DNA of 64,000 nt from NCBI GenBank assembly GCA_964574595.1, contig CAZNOF010000004.1:17337-81336 (forward strand), in the 5' to 3' direction. This DNA comes from an uncultured Pseudomonadales bacterium. GTDB lineage: Bacteria > Patescibacteriota > Microgenomatia > UBA1400 > PJMF01. This document shows, in pieces, positions 46,286 through 54,746 of the stretch (positions within the stretch are counted from its first letter, which is position 1; each line of letters begins with the position of its first letter). Below the pieces are notes generated by a model that did not search any database, was not told where the DNA came from, and saw only the letters and a list, made by a program, of their open reading frames with translations. Made by a program: the position numbers and the translations under genes.

Positions 46286-47050
46286 TTGAGCTACATTATG
46301 GTTCTTGAAGAACGCTTTGAGCAAACAAATACCTTCGACATCCCTTTCTCAAAAGAACGACATCCTTCCTATTTTCAAATTGCTATCGATGGTCCGATGG
46401 GCGCTGGTAAAACGGCAGTCTCAGAAATGGTCGCTAAAGAGCTGGGTTTGCTGTTTATTAGCACAGGACAACTCTATCGGTCGCTGACACTCTTAGCCTT
46501 ACGAGAAAATGTCTCGCTTGATGATGAACAAGGGCTGTTGCAACTTCTGCAATCACACAACATTGTGCTTAAGCCCGCCTCCCACACAGATGGGAACGAG
46601 AAAGCGTGCGTCTACATTGATGATGAAGACGTGACCGAGTATCTGCACGATAACGTAATTAGTCAAAAGACGCCCCAAGCAGCACGGCACAAGTTAGTTC
46701 GTGCCGAAATTGTTAAAAAGCAGCAAGCCTTTATTGATTCAGGTTCCGTGATCATGGAAGGGCGTGATATTACCCACACAGTTTTGCCGCAGGCGCAATT
46801 AAAGATTTATCTAGATGCTGCTCCGGAAGCTCGCGCATATCGCAGATGGTTGGATGTAGTAGTAAAAAATCCCAAGATCACACTGGAAGATGTATTGGCA
46901 GATCTTTATGCGCGTGATGCTCAAGATTCCAAAGAAAACCTCCGGAAAGTGCCCGGCGTGTGGATCATTGATACTACAGACATGCCAATTGAAGATGTCG
47001 TGAATGTCATTTGTGACAGAGTCCGAGCGATGATGGGCAAGCTCATCTAA
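46286..47050 (+). CDS. cmk: cytidylate kinase (N-terminal extension of about 30 aa relative to typical CMK)
   Basis: IAIDGPMGAGKTAV P-loop followed by STGQLYRSLT (compare DTGAMYR). LID arginines. About 220-aa core. Confidence 0.75.
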   Translation: MSYIMVLEERFEQTNTFDIPFSKERHPSYFQIAIDGPMGAGKTAVSEMVAKELGLLFISTGQLYRSLTLLALRENVSLDDEQGLLQLLQSHNIVLKPASHTDGNEKACVYIDDEDVTEYLHDNVISQKTPQAARHKLVRAEIVKKQQAFIDSGSVIMEGRDITHTVLPQAQLKIYLDAAPEARAYRRWLDVVVKNPKITLEDVLADLYARDAQDSKENLRKVPGVWIIDTTDMPIEDVVNVICDRVRAMMGKLI

Positions 47051-47094
47051 TGGTCGCTATTTACTCTGCTCTTCCCCTTTGCTAAGCTTATCCT

Positions 47095-47910
47095 ATGGAA
47101 AATGTTTTTCCGAAGCGTCGTGCTACTCAATCAGGCCAAATTGGTATTATTGTCGTGCTAATTATGGTGGTCTTGCTGACAATTGGTTTGTCTTTAGCAA
47201 GTCGAACCACCAAAGAAGTTGCGTTATCTACTCAAGAAGAAGAATCTACCCGTGTCTTTAATGCGGCTGAAGTTGGTGTGGAGCAAGCGCTCTCTTCTAA
47301 TCTCGCTTTTGCTGGTGATGTGTACACTTCAAATCCAATTACTCCAGCTGGTTCCAACTCTACTGTGACGTACACCATTAATAAGCAGTACCAACTCCAA
47401 ATGCAGATTTTTCAAGGTGTGAGTGCCATGATTCAGCTAACTGATGCAACGCATCCGACGCCACCTTCATCACTTTATACGGATTGGTCAATCGAAAATA
47501 GCTGTGCAACGCAAACTCCGGCAGCATTGTTAGTCTCGATTTACTCAGTTGATAACACTACATTACCACCTTCTGTAAAAGTCAGATATCAAACGTTTGA
47601 TCCTTGTTCTAGAGGAAATAACTTCAACACGGCTGGGATTGCTGCTGGTCAAAATGGCTACTTTAAGCGAGCAACTATTTCCTTACAGCCAAGTGATAGT
47701 TTTGTTCGAATAAAGCCAATTTATAACGACACCAAAATGTTAGTTCAACCAAGTTCAGGTCAGATGCCAGTTCAGTCTTATGCCATTCGTTCTACGGGAA
47801 ACAACAACGGCGGTACGGAAAACCGGAACGTCCAGGTTGTGAGAAGTTTACCCTCAGCTCCGTCCATCTTTGATTATGTCTTATTCAGTGGAAGTACTAT
47901 CGTTAAGTAG
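47095..47910 (+). CDS. PilX_N-like type IV pilus minor assembly protein
   Basis: N-terminus QSGQIGIIVVLIMVVLLTIGLSLASRTTKEVALSTQEEESTRVFNAAEVGVEQAL resembles the PilX N-terminal domain. Sits immediately upstream of pilMNO. Preceded by the conserved pre-ATG motif. Confidence 0.5.
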   Translation: MENVFPKRRATQSGQIGIIVVLIMVVLLTIGLSLASRTTKEVALSTQEEESTRVFNAAEVGVEQALSSNLAFAGDVYTSNPITPAGSNSTVTYTINKQYQLQMQIFQGVSAMIQLTDATHPTPPSSLYTDWSIENSCATQTPAALLVSIYSVDNTTLPPSVKVRYQTFDPCSRGNNFNTAGIAAGQNGYFKRATISLQPSDSFVRIKPIYNDTKMLVQPSSGQMPVQSYAIRSTGNNNGGTENRNVQVVRSLPSAPSIFDYVLFSGSTIVK

Positions 47911-47933
47911 TGGAGTTAAAGGAAGGCCTGCCT

Positions 47934-48950
47934 ATGCCACAATTATCTGTCGCAATTGATTTGGGAAGTTATGCAGTTAAAGCGTTACAAGTCAGACAAG
48001 GAAAAAAACTTGTTATTGAGCGTGCAATTGAAGTGCCCAACTCTGTTGGTGTCAGCAGTCCAACAGATGATGTAACAGCCGACAAACTCGTTCAACTTAT
48101 TACCAATATCTTTACTGACCATAAACTCAGTAAGGCTGATGTTCGATTAGCTCTTCCAGAAGCTCTCGTTTCCACCAAGATTATCTCCATTCCAGTCTTA
48201 ACTGATGCTGAGCTAGCTTCTGCAATCAACTGGCAGGCTGAGCAGCATATTCCTATTCCACTTGATGAGTTATCTCTCGAGTACCAAGTCCTCTATCGAC
48301 CAGATAAAAAGAATCAAAATGAACAAATGCGGGTCTTAATGGTGGGTACTCGAAAAGTCTTAATTGAAAAATATTTAAATGTTTTCCTAAGAGCTGGCAT
48401 TGAACCAAGTATTCTGGAAACCCAAACGATCGCTTTAATTCGAGCCATGCAGTTTACCGCTGAAGATGCGCCTACGCTCGTCGTGAACATGGGTGCGGTT
48501 TCCACTGATTTAGCAATTGTGTATCAAGGTGAGTTGCGATTTGTTTACACCTTTAACAGTGGTGGCCAAGTTCTCACCAGAACAACTGAACAAGCTGTGC
48601 AGCTCGATGCCAAACAGGCTGAAGAGTACAAACGCACTTACGGGTTAGATGGTTCTCAATTGGCTGGCAAAATGCGCGATATTCTATTGCCACCAGTCAA
48701 GACAAGTATTTTAGAGATGCAAAAAGCACTTCAGTTCTTCGCGTCTCAAAACACCTTGGATCCTGTCAAAAGAGTCTTATTGGCAGGCGGCGGCTCTCAA
48801 TTACCTGGTCTATCCCAATTTATTGCTGAGCAGCTGAACTGTGAGGTGCTGATGGCTGCCCCATTTACCAATGTAGAAGGTGAAATTCCGGCTGCAAACC
48901 AGCTTGCCTATGGAGTGGCAATGGGATTGATCTTGAAACCGTTAAAATAA
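47934..48950 (+). CDS. pilM: type IV pilus assembly protein PilM (actin-like ATPase fold)
   Basis: Start moved to the ATG with AAGGAAGG Shine-Dalgarno 7 nt upstream. N-terminus MPQLSVAIDLGSYAVKALQV. About 340 aa. Confidence 0.75.
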   Translation: MPQLSVAIDLGSYAVKALQVRQGKKLVIERAIEVPNSVGVSSPTDDVTADKLVQLITNIFTDHKLSKADVRLALPEALVSTKIISIPVLTDAELASAINWQAEQHIPIPLDELSLEYQVLYRPDKKNQNEQMRVLMVGTRKVLIEKYLNVFLRAGIEPSILETQTIALIRAMQFTAEDAPTLVVNMGAVSTDLAIVYQGELRFVYTFNSGGQVLTRTTEQAVQLDAKQAEEYKRTYGLDGSQLAGKMRDILLPPVKTSILEMQKALQFFASQNTLDPVKRVLLAGGGSQLPGLSQFIAEQLNCEVLMAAPFTNVEGEIPAANQLAYGVAMGLILKPLK

Positions 48951-48953
48951 GCT

Positions 48954-49508
48954 ATGTCACGAGAAATTAACTTTCTATCTGATCGACACAAAGAGATCGT
49001 CAAACAAGAACTTGCTGATCGTCGAATCATGACGCTTTGCTCGATTGGTTTAGGAATTTGTTTTGCGATATTTGTGGCATTTTCGGCTATTCAACTCTTC
49101 TTCTCGTATCAGTTGAATAAAACCAAAGTTGAAGAAGCCTCGTTAAGACAACAGATTGTTGGTGATCAGGAGACCGAACGAACTTTTGTGATTTTTGTTC
49201 ATAAATTGAGCAGCTTAGTGCAAATTGATCAAGATCGACAAGATAAAAAAGTGATTATTCAGTTCTTTAACACCTATTTTGGTGGTTCGATTTCGATTGT
49301 GGGTGTGGAGTTTAATCAATCTCAAAAATTACTGACCTTAAAATTAGAATCTGACTCAGTTTTCACTTTAAAGAATGTTTTAACTAAACTGAATGACCCG
49401 GAAGTACTATCTAAGTTCTCTTCTGTCAGTCCGAGCAACTTAACTAGAACACCAGATGGCAAATATCAAATAGATGTCACAGTTTCGACTGTAGCTCCGA
49501 AAATATGA
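48954..49508 (+). CDS. pilN: PilN-like bitopic pilus alignment protein
   Basis: Single N-terminal TM helix (IMTLCSIGLGICFAIFVAF) then periplasmic domain. Position after pilM. Confidence 0.55.
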   Translation: MSREINFLSDRHKEIVKQELADRRIMTLCSIGLGICFAIFVAFSAIQLFFSYQLNKTKVEEASLRQQIVGDQETERTFVIFVHKLSSLVQIDQDRQDKKVIIQFFNTYFGGSISIVGVEFNQSQKLLTLKLESDSVFTLKNVLTKLNDPEVLSKFSSVSPSNLTRTPDGKYQIDVTVSTVAPKI

Positions 49509-50341
49509 AATTAGACTTTAAAAAAGAAAACATTCAAGCATTTTTGTTCAGTCGTAGGTACGTCTTGTTTGCTGGCTTGATGGTAATAATTGGTTTAGGC
49601 ATTGTGATTTTGGGTGTTTTCGCTCAAATTAGCGGCTTGATCGATCTGGTCAACGCGAATAACACAGCTCATGAAACCACTGTTCAGCTGCAAAAGAAGG
49701 CCAAGTCTCTTCAAGAAGTAAACTACTTAGAGGAATTTTCTAAGAGTAGCCAAGTTGACCTTGCCTTGCCATCTGAAAAGCCACTTCTTCAACTTATTAC
49801 CGGGGTAAATAGTGTTGCCCAACAAGCTGGCGTGAGTATTTCCGATGTCACCACTTCCCCCGGAAAATTGGCCACCCAGAGTGCAGTCTTGAATTTAAAT
49901 GGGACGGTGAGTAGCCCTACTTCCTCTGGTTTGGATGACACCAAGTCTACGGTCAATGGCGTCAACATTTTAACCATTGGCATGAAAGCTCGTGGTTCAC
50001 TTGCTCAAATTAACTCTTTCTTAGACTTAATTGAGAAGATTACGCCAATTACCCAAGCTACTAGATTGAAACTCGCCATAGATACAAATCAGGCTGCTCC
50101 AAAAGTTGCTTCTGGCTCTGCAGCTCCAGTCACAGGCAGCCAATATGAAGCTGAGCTAGAACTCAGTACCTATTACTTCTCACAACCAATTTCAGTGACG
50201 ATTGATACTCCGTTACCAAGTATTGGCGTCAAAGAAGAAGCATTCTTGAAGAGTTTGGATACGTTCCAATTCCCAGATTATCAGAAACAGCAACAAATCC
50301 AGGGTGGCGGATCAACAGACCTATTTGGCACCAGTCAATAA
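49505..50341 (+). CDS. pilO: PilO-like bitopic pilus alignment protein
   Basis: Start overlaps the pilN stop (ATGA). TM helix YVLFAGLMVIIGLGIVILGVF then coiled-coil segment. Confidence 0.5.
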   Translation: MKLDFKKENIQAFLFSRRYVLFAGLMVIIGLGIVILGVFAQISGLIDLVNANNTAHETTVQLQKKAKSLQEVNYLEEFSKSSQVDLALPSEKPLLQLITGVNSVAQQAGVSISDVTTSPGKLATQSAVLNLNGTVSSPTSSGLDDTKSTVNGVNILTIGMKARGSLAQINSFLDLIEKITPITQATRLKLAIDTNQAAPKVASGSAAPVTGSQYEAELELSTYYFSQPISVTIDTPLPSIGVKEEAFLKSLDTFQFPDYQKQQQIQGGGSTDLFGTSQ

Positions 50342-50410
50342 TAGGTGCACGAAGCATTAAGACGGCACAAAAAACTTCACGATGAAGAAAAAAGAAAAGA
50401 ACTGAGGAAT

Positions 50411-50641
50411 TTACTCGGCTAAGTTAACAAAAGCACGAATGTGCTCTTTGACGGCACGAACCTTGGCTAAAGTGCGCAGTGATTGAATGATTCTGCCATT
50501 TTTACCAATGATTTTACCCATATCTTCAGAGTGAACGTGAATGGTGTAGGTAAAGCCATCTGCAGATTCAGTCTCATCGACTTTGACATCTTCTGGATGA
50601 TCAACTAAATGATTGACGATGAATTCAAGGAGGTTTTTCAT
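50411..50641 (-). CDS. KH-domain RNA-binding protein (YlqC/UPF0109 family)
   Basis: GKIIGKNGRIIQSLRTLAKV GxxG KH motif. Conserved position downstream of rpsP. Confidence 0.8.
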   Translation of the reverse strand: MKNLLEFIVNHLVDHPEDVKVDETESADGFTYTIHVHSEDMGKIIGKNGRIIQSLRTLAKVRAVKEHIRAFVNLAE

Positions 50642-50659
50642 AAGGATCTTATCTTACGA

Positions 50660-51067
50660 TTATTTTGCGGCTTCGTCTGTAGCAACTTCTTCAGTAGGAG
50701 CTTCTGGAGCGACTTCTGGAGCAGCTTCTTCGGCTGGTTTGGCTTCTTCTGCTTTAGCGGCTTCAGCAGCGGCAGTGGCTTTTGCTTTAGCTTTTTTAGA
50801 CAAATGGTTGGTTTTGGCTGGGAATGGGTTACCTGATTTGAATCGAGTAACTAAGGCCTGCACTGTGTCAGTTGGCTGAGCACCTTTTGCGACCCATTGA
50901 TCATATTTCTTGATATCAATTTCTAAAACCTTTGGAGTCATGGTTGGTGCGTAGTTACCAATCATTTCTACGTATTTACCATCACGTTTATCACGAGCTT
51001 CGTTAATAACGATTCTGTAGTGAGGTTGTTTCTTTTTGCCAAAGCGAGCGAGTTTTATTTTTAACAT
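50660..51067 (-). CDS. rpsP: 30S ribosomal protein S16 with a C-terminal Ala/Lys/Glu-rich extension
   Basis: MLKIKLARFGKKKQPHYRIVINEARDKRDGKYVEMIGNYAP matches the S16 consensus. Confidence 0.9.
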   Translation of the reverse strand: MLKIKLARFGKKKQPHYRIVINEARDKRDGKYVEMIGNYAPTMTPKVLEIDIKKYDQWVAKGAQPTDTVQALVTRFKSGNPFPAKTNHLSKKAKAKATAAAEAAKAEEAKPAEEAAPEVAPEAPTEEVATDEAAK

Positions 51068-51195
51068 AAGGCGAAATTATACGATGTTTCGTCGTCTTTC
51101 TCAAGTAGGAATGAGTATGTAACGATAACTTTATTATAGGATTATATTCTTGAAAATCCGGTTGAAGAGTAGTATAACAGACGATCTTGTAAAAG

Positions 51196-51621
51196 TTGCT
51201 TGATCTGTCAAAGAATTTGATCACGATTCAAGCGGTTGCGCAAGATAAAAACCCAATCAGGCCACTCTGTTTAGCGAAAGAAAAGTGCTCAGTGGCAACT
51301 GTAAGGAATATTGAGGGTCCATCAGGACGTGGTGAAGAATGGACAATTATGTTCGATGATGGTGGTGTTATTACCACCGCCAAGGTCATGGAAGCGCCCA
51401 TTATTGGAGCGCATCCCCAACAACGAGACTGGTATAACCGTTCTCTCTGGTGGGTTCGCCTTCACAAGGAGGGTCAAGAACGGACCTATTACATCGTAGA
51501 AAAGCCGGTGGCAGGTAACGAGGTCCAGCTTTGGGATCTACGGACTGGCGACTCACAAAGTGTGTCGCTCTGGAAAAGTTTAGCTGTGGCCGTAGTCGGC
51601 CAAGACGATTTTCGTCATTAA
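51196..51621 (+). CDS. hypothetical protein
   Basis: 141-aa ORF followed by a hairpin (GCCTCCGAG-caa-TCGGGGGC) plus T-run at about 51645..51680 resembling an intrinsic terminator. Confidence 0.4.
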   Translation: MLDLSKNLITIQAVAQDKNPIRPLCLAKEKCSVATVRNIEGPSGRGEEWTIMFDDGGVITTAKVMEAPIIGAHPQQRDWYNRSLWWVRLHKEGQERTYYIVEKPVAGNEVQLWDLRTGDSQSVSLWKSLAVAVVGQDDFRH

Positions 51622-51730
51622 CCAAACAAACCGACAGCAGCGTGTGGACGAATTGGGTTTTAGCCTCCGAGCAATCGGGGGCGTTTTTATATTTTCCATG
51701 TAGGACTTCTCTTCTAAAGCACCTGGATTT

Positions 51731-51860
51731 TTGATACAAAAATGATACATCTTATGTATCAGATTGCGATTTAATACACGCTCATTTCGCCTGGAGAATT
51801 TTTCTTTTGATCTGGGAACACCAGTGTATCACTTCTGGAGCTGATACACTTTTTGTGTAA
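51731..51860. repeat. array of TGATACA(T/C) half-sites forming two inverted repeats
   Basis: TGATACAT-ctt-ATGTATCA at 51744..51762. GTGTATCA-n10-TGATACAC at about 51826..51851. An extra TGATACA at 51732. Confidence 0.4.
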
Positions 51861-51904
51861 AAAATGTATTAAAAGTCCTAGTGGTTATTAGTTATTAGTT
51901 AGAG

Positions 51905-52357
51905 TTAAAGTGGGCAGATTATGAAATAGTGGTTAAAGTTATGTGAAACGAGTGTTTCTTTGTAGTCATATTGTCTTTTTAAGCCTAAAGATTTCAAAAA
52001 CCTGTTCATGATCTTTTTTAGCTCATCTGGATACTCATGAGAACCAAACCATAGGCACATTAATTCATTGGGAATACCAACCGCAACTAAAAATAGACCT
52101 TGGTTAGTCTCTATCAAGGATCTTTTTAACTCAATTTTTCTGTGGAAAACTTGCGTTTGATTTTTTTTATCGCCGCGAATGTAACCAATGTAAGTAAAAT
52201 TTTCATCTGTATCTACTTCAAAGAAGGAACTAGGAAGTTCAAAAATAAATGAGATCTTACCTAAAGATTGTTTATCAAATGCTCGCTGGTATTCTTTTTC
52301 AGAGAAGTGCTGCATTCTTTTATTGTAAAGCAATAGATTTAAATTAAATACATACAT
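51905..52357 (-). CDS. hypothetical protein in an AT-rich islet
   Basis: 150-aa ORF. GC well below flanks. Confidence 0.4.
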   Translation of the reverse strand: MYVFNLNLLLYNKRMQHFSEKEYQRAFDKQSLGKISFIFELPSSFFEVDTDENFTYIGYIRGDKKNQTQVFHRKIELKRSLIETNQGLFLVAVGIPNELMCLWFGSHEYPDELKKIMNRFLKSLGLKRQYDYKETLVSHNFNHYFIICPL

Positions 52358-52499
52358 ATATTTTATCTATTAATCAATCTAATATATTAAAATACTTGAT
52401 TTATACGCATCATAATATACAATTCTCATTGTTCCATGAACAGGCTGAAATTTCTTCAGGTTGAATGGAGCTAGTTTATCCTTGTAGGAGGTAAACAAA

Positions 52500-52808
52500 G
52501 TGGCTTCGTATTTTTATAATGCGAATGGGGACCCTATTCCGACATCTTATGTGGAAGATGATAAACAGGAATACAAAGGTACGAATCTGGATAACGATCA
52601 GATTTACCACACAGTGTACTATGACAACAGTCGTCGTAAGCACATTTCCTACGATACGATTCTTGTAAATGGTACTCACCATTACATTCCGGGAAGCGGT
52701 CATGAAAGGAACCATGATTCGCAAGAAAAAATTCCTTGGGATACAGGTAATCGTGTTAACTGGCAGGATGCGTTAAAGAAGCGAACCCGCGACACCATAC
52801 GCATCTAG
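52500..52808 (+). CDS. hypothetical protein (GTG start)
   Basis: Strong AGGAGG Shine-Dalgarno 9 nt upstream of the GTG. Preferred over the overlapping minus-strand ORF 52476..52724. Confidence 0.4.
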   Translation: MASYFYNANGDPIPTSYVEDDKQEYKGTNLDNDQIYHTVYYDNSRRKHISYDTILVNGTHHYIPGSGHERNHDSQEKIPWDTGNRVNWQDALKKRTRDTIRI

Positions 52809-52873
52809 CTAGTCCACAAATGGGTCGGTTGCATAATGTGACCGACCCTAAATCTTTTTTAAAATGCTAATAT

Positions 52874-53251
52874 TTGCATATGCTTAAAGAAAGTTATCAA
52901 TTAATTGGTTTCCCATTAGAAAAGAAGGATCCAAGTACTCTACTAGATCTTTATCTTCGGGAGTTTGAGGTGGCAAACCTAGAGAATTATTCAAATCTAT
53001 TGCTAATCTTTACTCATGGATTAAGAGATTATTTGGCAGGAAAAATAGATGAAGATGCTTTTGGCTCCCTTTCATTCTCATTATTTACTGATAAAAAAGT
53101 CCAAAAATATTTGAGGAAAAGAAATTCTAGGCTATATAGCCTATTACTTGATTGTCTAGACATTTCTTGGCTCTCTGATGGAGTGTATTTTGGAGAATTT
53201 AAGAAACAGTTGGAGCTAAATCTTACGGAATTACAAAATGAACTTACTTGA
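52874..53251 (+). CDS. hypothetical protein
   Basis: 125-aa ORF. Its 3' end overlaps the convergent rnc stop by 8 nt. Confidence 0.35.
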   Translation: MHMLKESYQLIGFPLEKKDPSTLLDLYLREFEVANLENYSNLLLIFTHGLRDYLAGKIDEDAFGSLSFSLFTDKKVQKYLRKRNSRLYSLLLDCLDISWLSDGVYFGEFKKQLELNLTELQNELT

Positions 53252-53918
53252 GCTTCAGCTCGTCCAGGTGGTCAAGCACGTATTGAGCGGCAGCTTGTTG
53301 AGCAAGTTGCTTACTTTTGCCCTTACCTCTCCCCGCTTCCAGGCCGTCAACTAAAACTTTAATGGTGAACTGACGATCGTGATCTGGTCCAGATTCATCA
53401 ATTACCAAGTATTCTGGGGCGGCAAAGCCCTTTGATTGGACAAATTCCTGGAGCTGGCTCTTGGCGTCTTTATAGAGTTTTTTGGTTTTAATTTCTTCTA
53501 ATCGAGGGAAAAGTGCGCCTTCTATGAAGGTGTAGGCGGCTTCAAAGCCTTGATCAAGGTAAAGGGCGCCAATGACTGCTTCTACCGTATTTGCCAATAA
53601 TCCGGCATTCTGACGGCCTCCAGAGGCTTCCTCCCCTTTGCTCATGAAGAGTTTCTCCCCGAGACCGAGCTCAATGGCCACTTCAGCCAAAGTGGTGGTT
53701 TTAACCAGGGCACTTCGATATGCTGTCAGCATGCCTTCTTGTTCTTCTGGCATGGCGGCAAACAAGAATTTAGTGGCTGCCAACTCGAGGACTGCATCAC
53801 CTAGAAATTCGAGGCGTTCATTTGATTCGGTGGATGTTGACAGGTGTTCGTTTAAGGCACTTCGATGAGTGAGTGCGTTGGTTAAGAGGTCTTGATTCTT
53901 GAATGTGGGGAAAGACAT
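53244..53918 (-). CDS. rnc: ribonuclease III
   Basis: Signature ERLEFLGDAVLE. C-terminal dsRBD. Confidence 0.9.
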   Translation of the reverse strand: MSFPTFKNQDLLTNALTHRSALNEHLSTSTESNERLEFLGDAVLELAATKFLFAAMPEEQEGMLTAYRSALVKTTTLAEVAIELGLGEKLFMSKGEEASGGRQNAGLLANTVEAVIGALYLDQGFEAAYTFIEGALFPRLEEIKTKKLYKDAKSQLQEFVQSKGFAAPEYLVIDESGPDHDRQFTIKVLVDGLEAGRGKGKSKQLAQQAAAQYVLDHLDELKLK

Positions 53919-53923
53919 AAAAT

Positions 53924-54187
53924 TTAGAACAGCTCATCATCAATTCGCTCGACCAATTCAGCTACAGTAGCGCAAGATAAAATATCTTGATTTGGCAAGC
54001 TAATTTCCTTAAATTCCATTTTAATAACTGGAATCAAGTTTGGAAAATCCGTATCTGCATCAAGACCTAAGTCATCTTCAAAATCCGTGTCTAACGTGAT
54101 TTCTTCAATGTCGTGGCCGGTTGATTCAGCAATTACTCGTTGTAATCGAGTAAAGGTATCTTCTGGTTTTTGCGTATTTGGTTGCAT
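53924..54187 (-). CDS. acyl carrier protein-like small acidic protein lacking the canonical phosphopantetheine Ser
   Basis: FEDDLGLDADTDF aligns with ACP FVEDLGADSLDTV, but the DSL serine is replaced (Ala or Thr). Conserved acp-rnc synteny. Confidence 0.55.
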   Translation of the reverse strand: MQPNTQKPEDTFTRLQRVIAESTGHDIEEITLDTDFEDDLGLDADTDFPNLIPVIKMEFKEISLPNQDILSCATVAELVERIDDELF

Positions 54188-54194
54188 AATCTCC

Positions 54195-54617
54195 TTATTT
54201 TTCTTGTTCAGTCAATAGTTTTGCCAACACACCGTTGACAAACTTGGGAGAACTTTCAGTGCCAAACTCTTTGGCAATTTCAACTCCTTCGTTAATTAAG
54301 ACTTTAACTGGAGTATGACTTGTTTCCCATTCAAACATAATCGTTCGTAGAATAGCAAGATCAACTTTATTAATCTGGTCTAACGGTCGTTCACTGGCTG
54401 CTACTTGAATCTTTTCGTCAAGTTCAGTCAATTTGCCGATGAATGCCACCATTTCTGGATTAGCAATCAAAAAATCAGATTGAGTCTCTGGTGATGGTAA
54501 AAATGTATATGAGAAAGCAAGTTGCATCACTCCGACCCGACGAACGTGCCGTGGATCCTGAGGATTACTCTTGTGGTCGTCTTTCTGTTCTTCGACCATT
54601 TCTTCATCATTTTGCAT
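54195..54617 (-). CDS. nusB: transcription antitermination factor NusB
   Basis: DLAILRTIMFEWETSHTPVKVLINEGVEIAKEFGTESSPKFVNGVLAKL matches the NusB C-terminal consensus. Confidence 0.8.
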   Translation of the reverse strand: MQNDEEMVEEQKDDHKSNPQDPRHVRRVGVMQLAFSYTFLPSPETQSDFLIANPEMVAFIGKLTELDEKIQVAASERPLDQINKVDLAILRTIMFEWETSHTPVKVLINEGVEIAKEFGTESSPKFVNGVLAKLLTEQEK

Positions 54618-54746
54618 ATTGATTACACATCGCTAGCCTATAAGAGGTATATTACGATTCTTTTCTAATAGGACAAGGGGCAAACAGTTCTGCCTCACTA
54701 GAGATCAGTGTAGTGAAGTTATATGGGAATGAAAAGCGGTAAAAGA

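Noticed and set aside
52476-52724. 82-aa minus-strand ORF overlapping ORF 52500..52808
   Set aside because: The plus-strand ORF has a perfect AGGAGG-9nt-GTG ribosome-binding site. The minus ORF has none and a hydrophobic, low-complexity translation.
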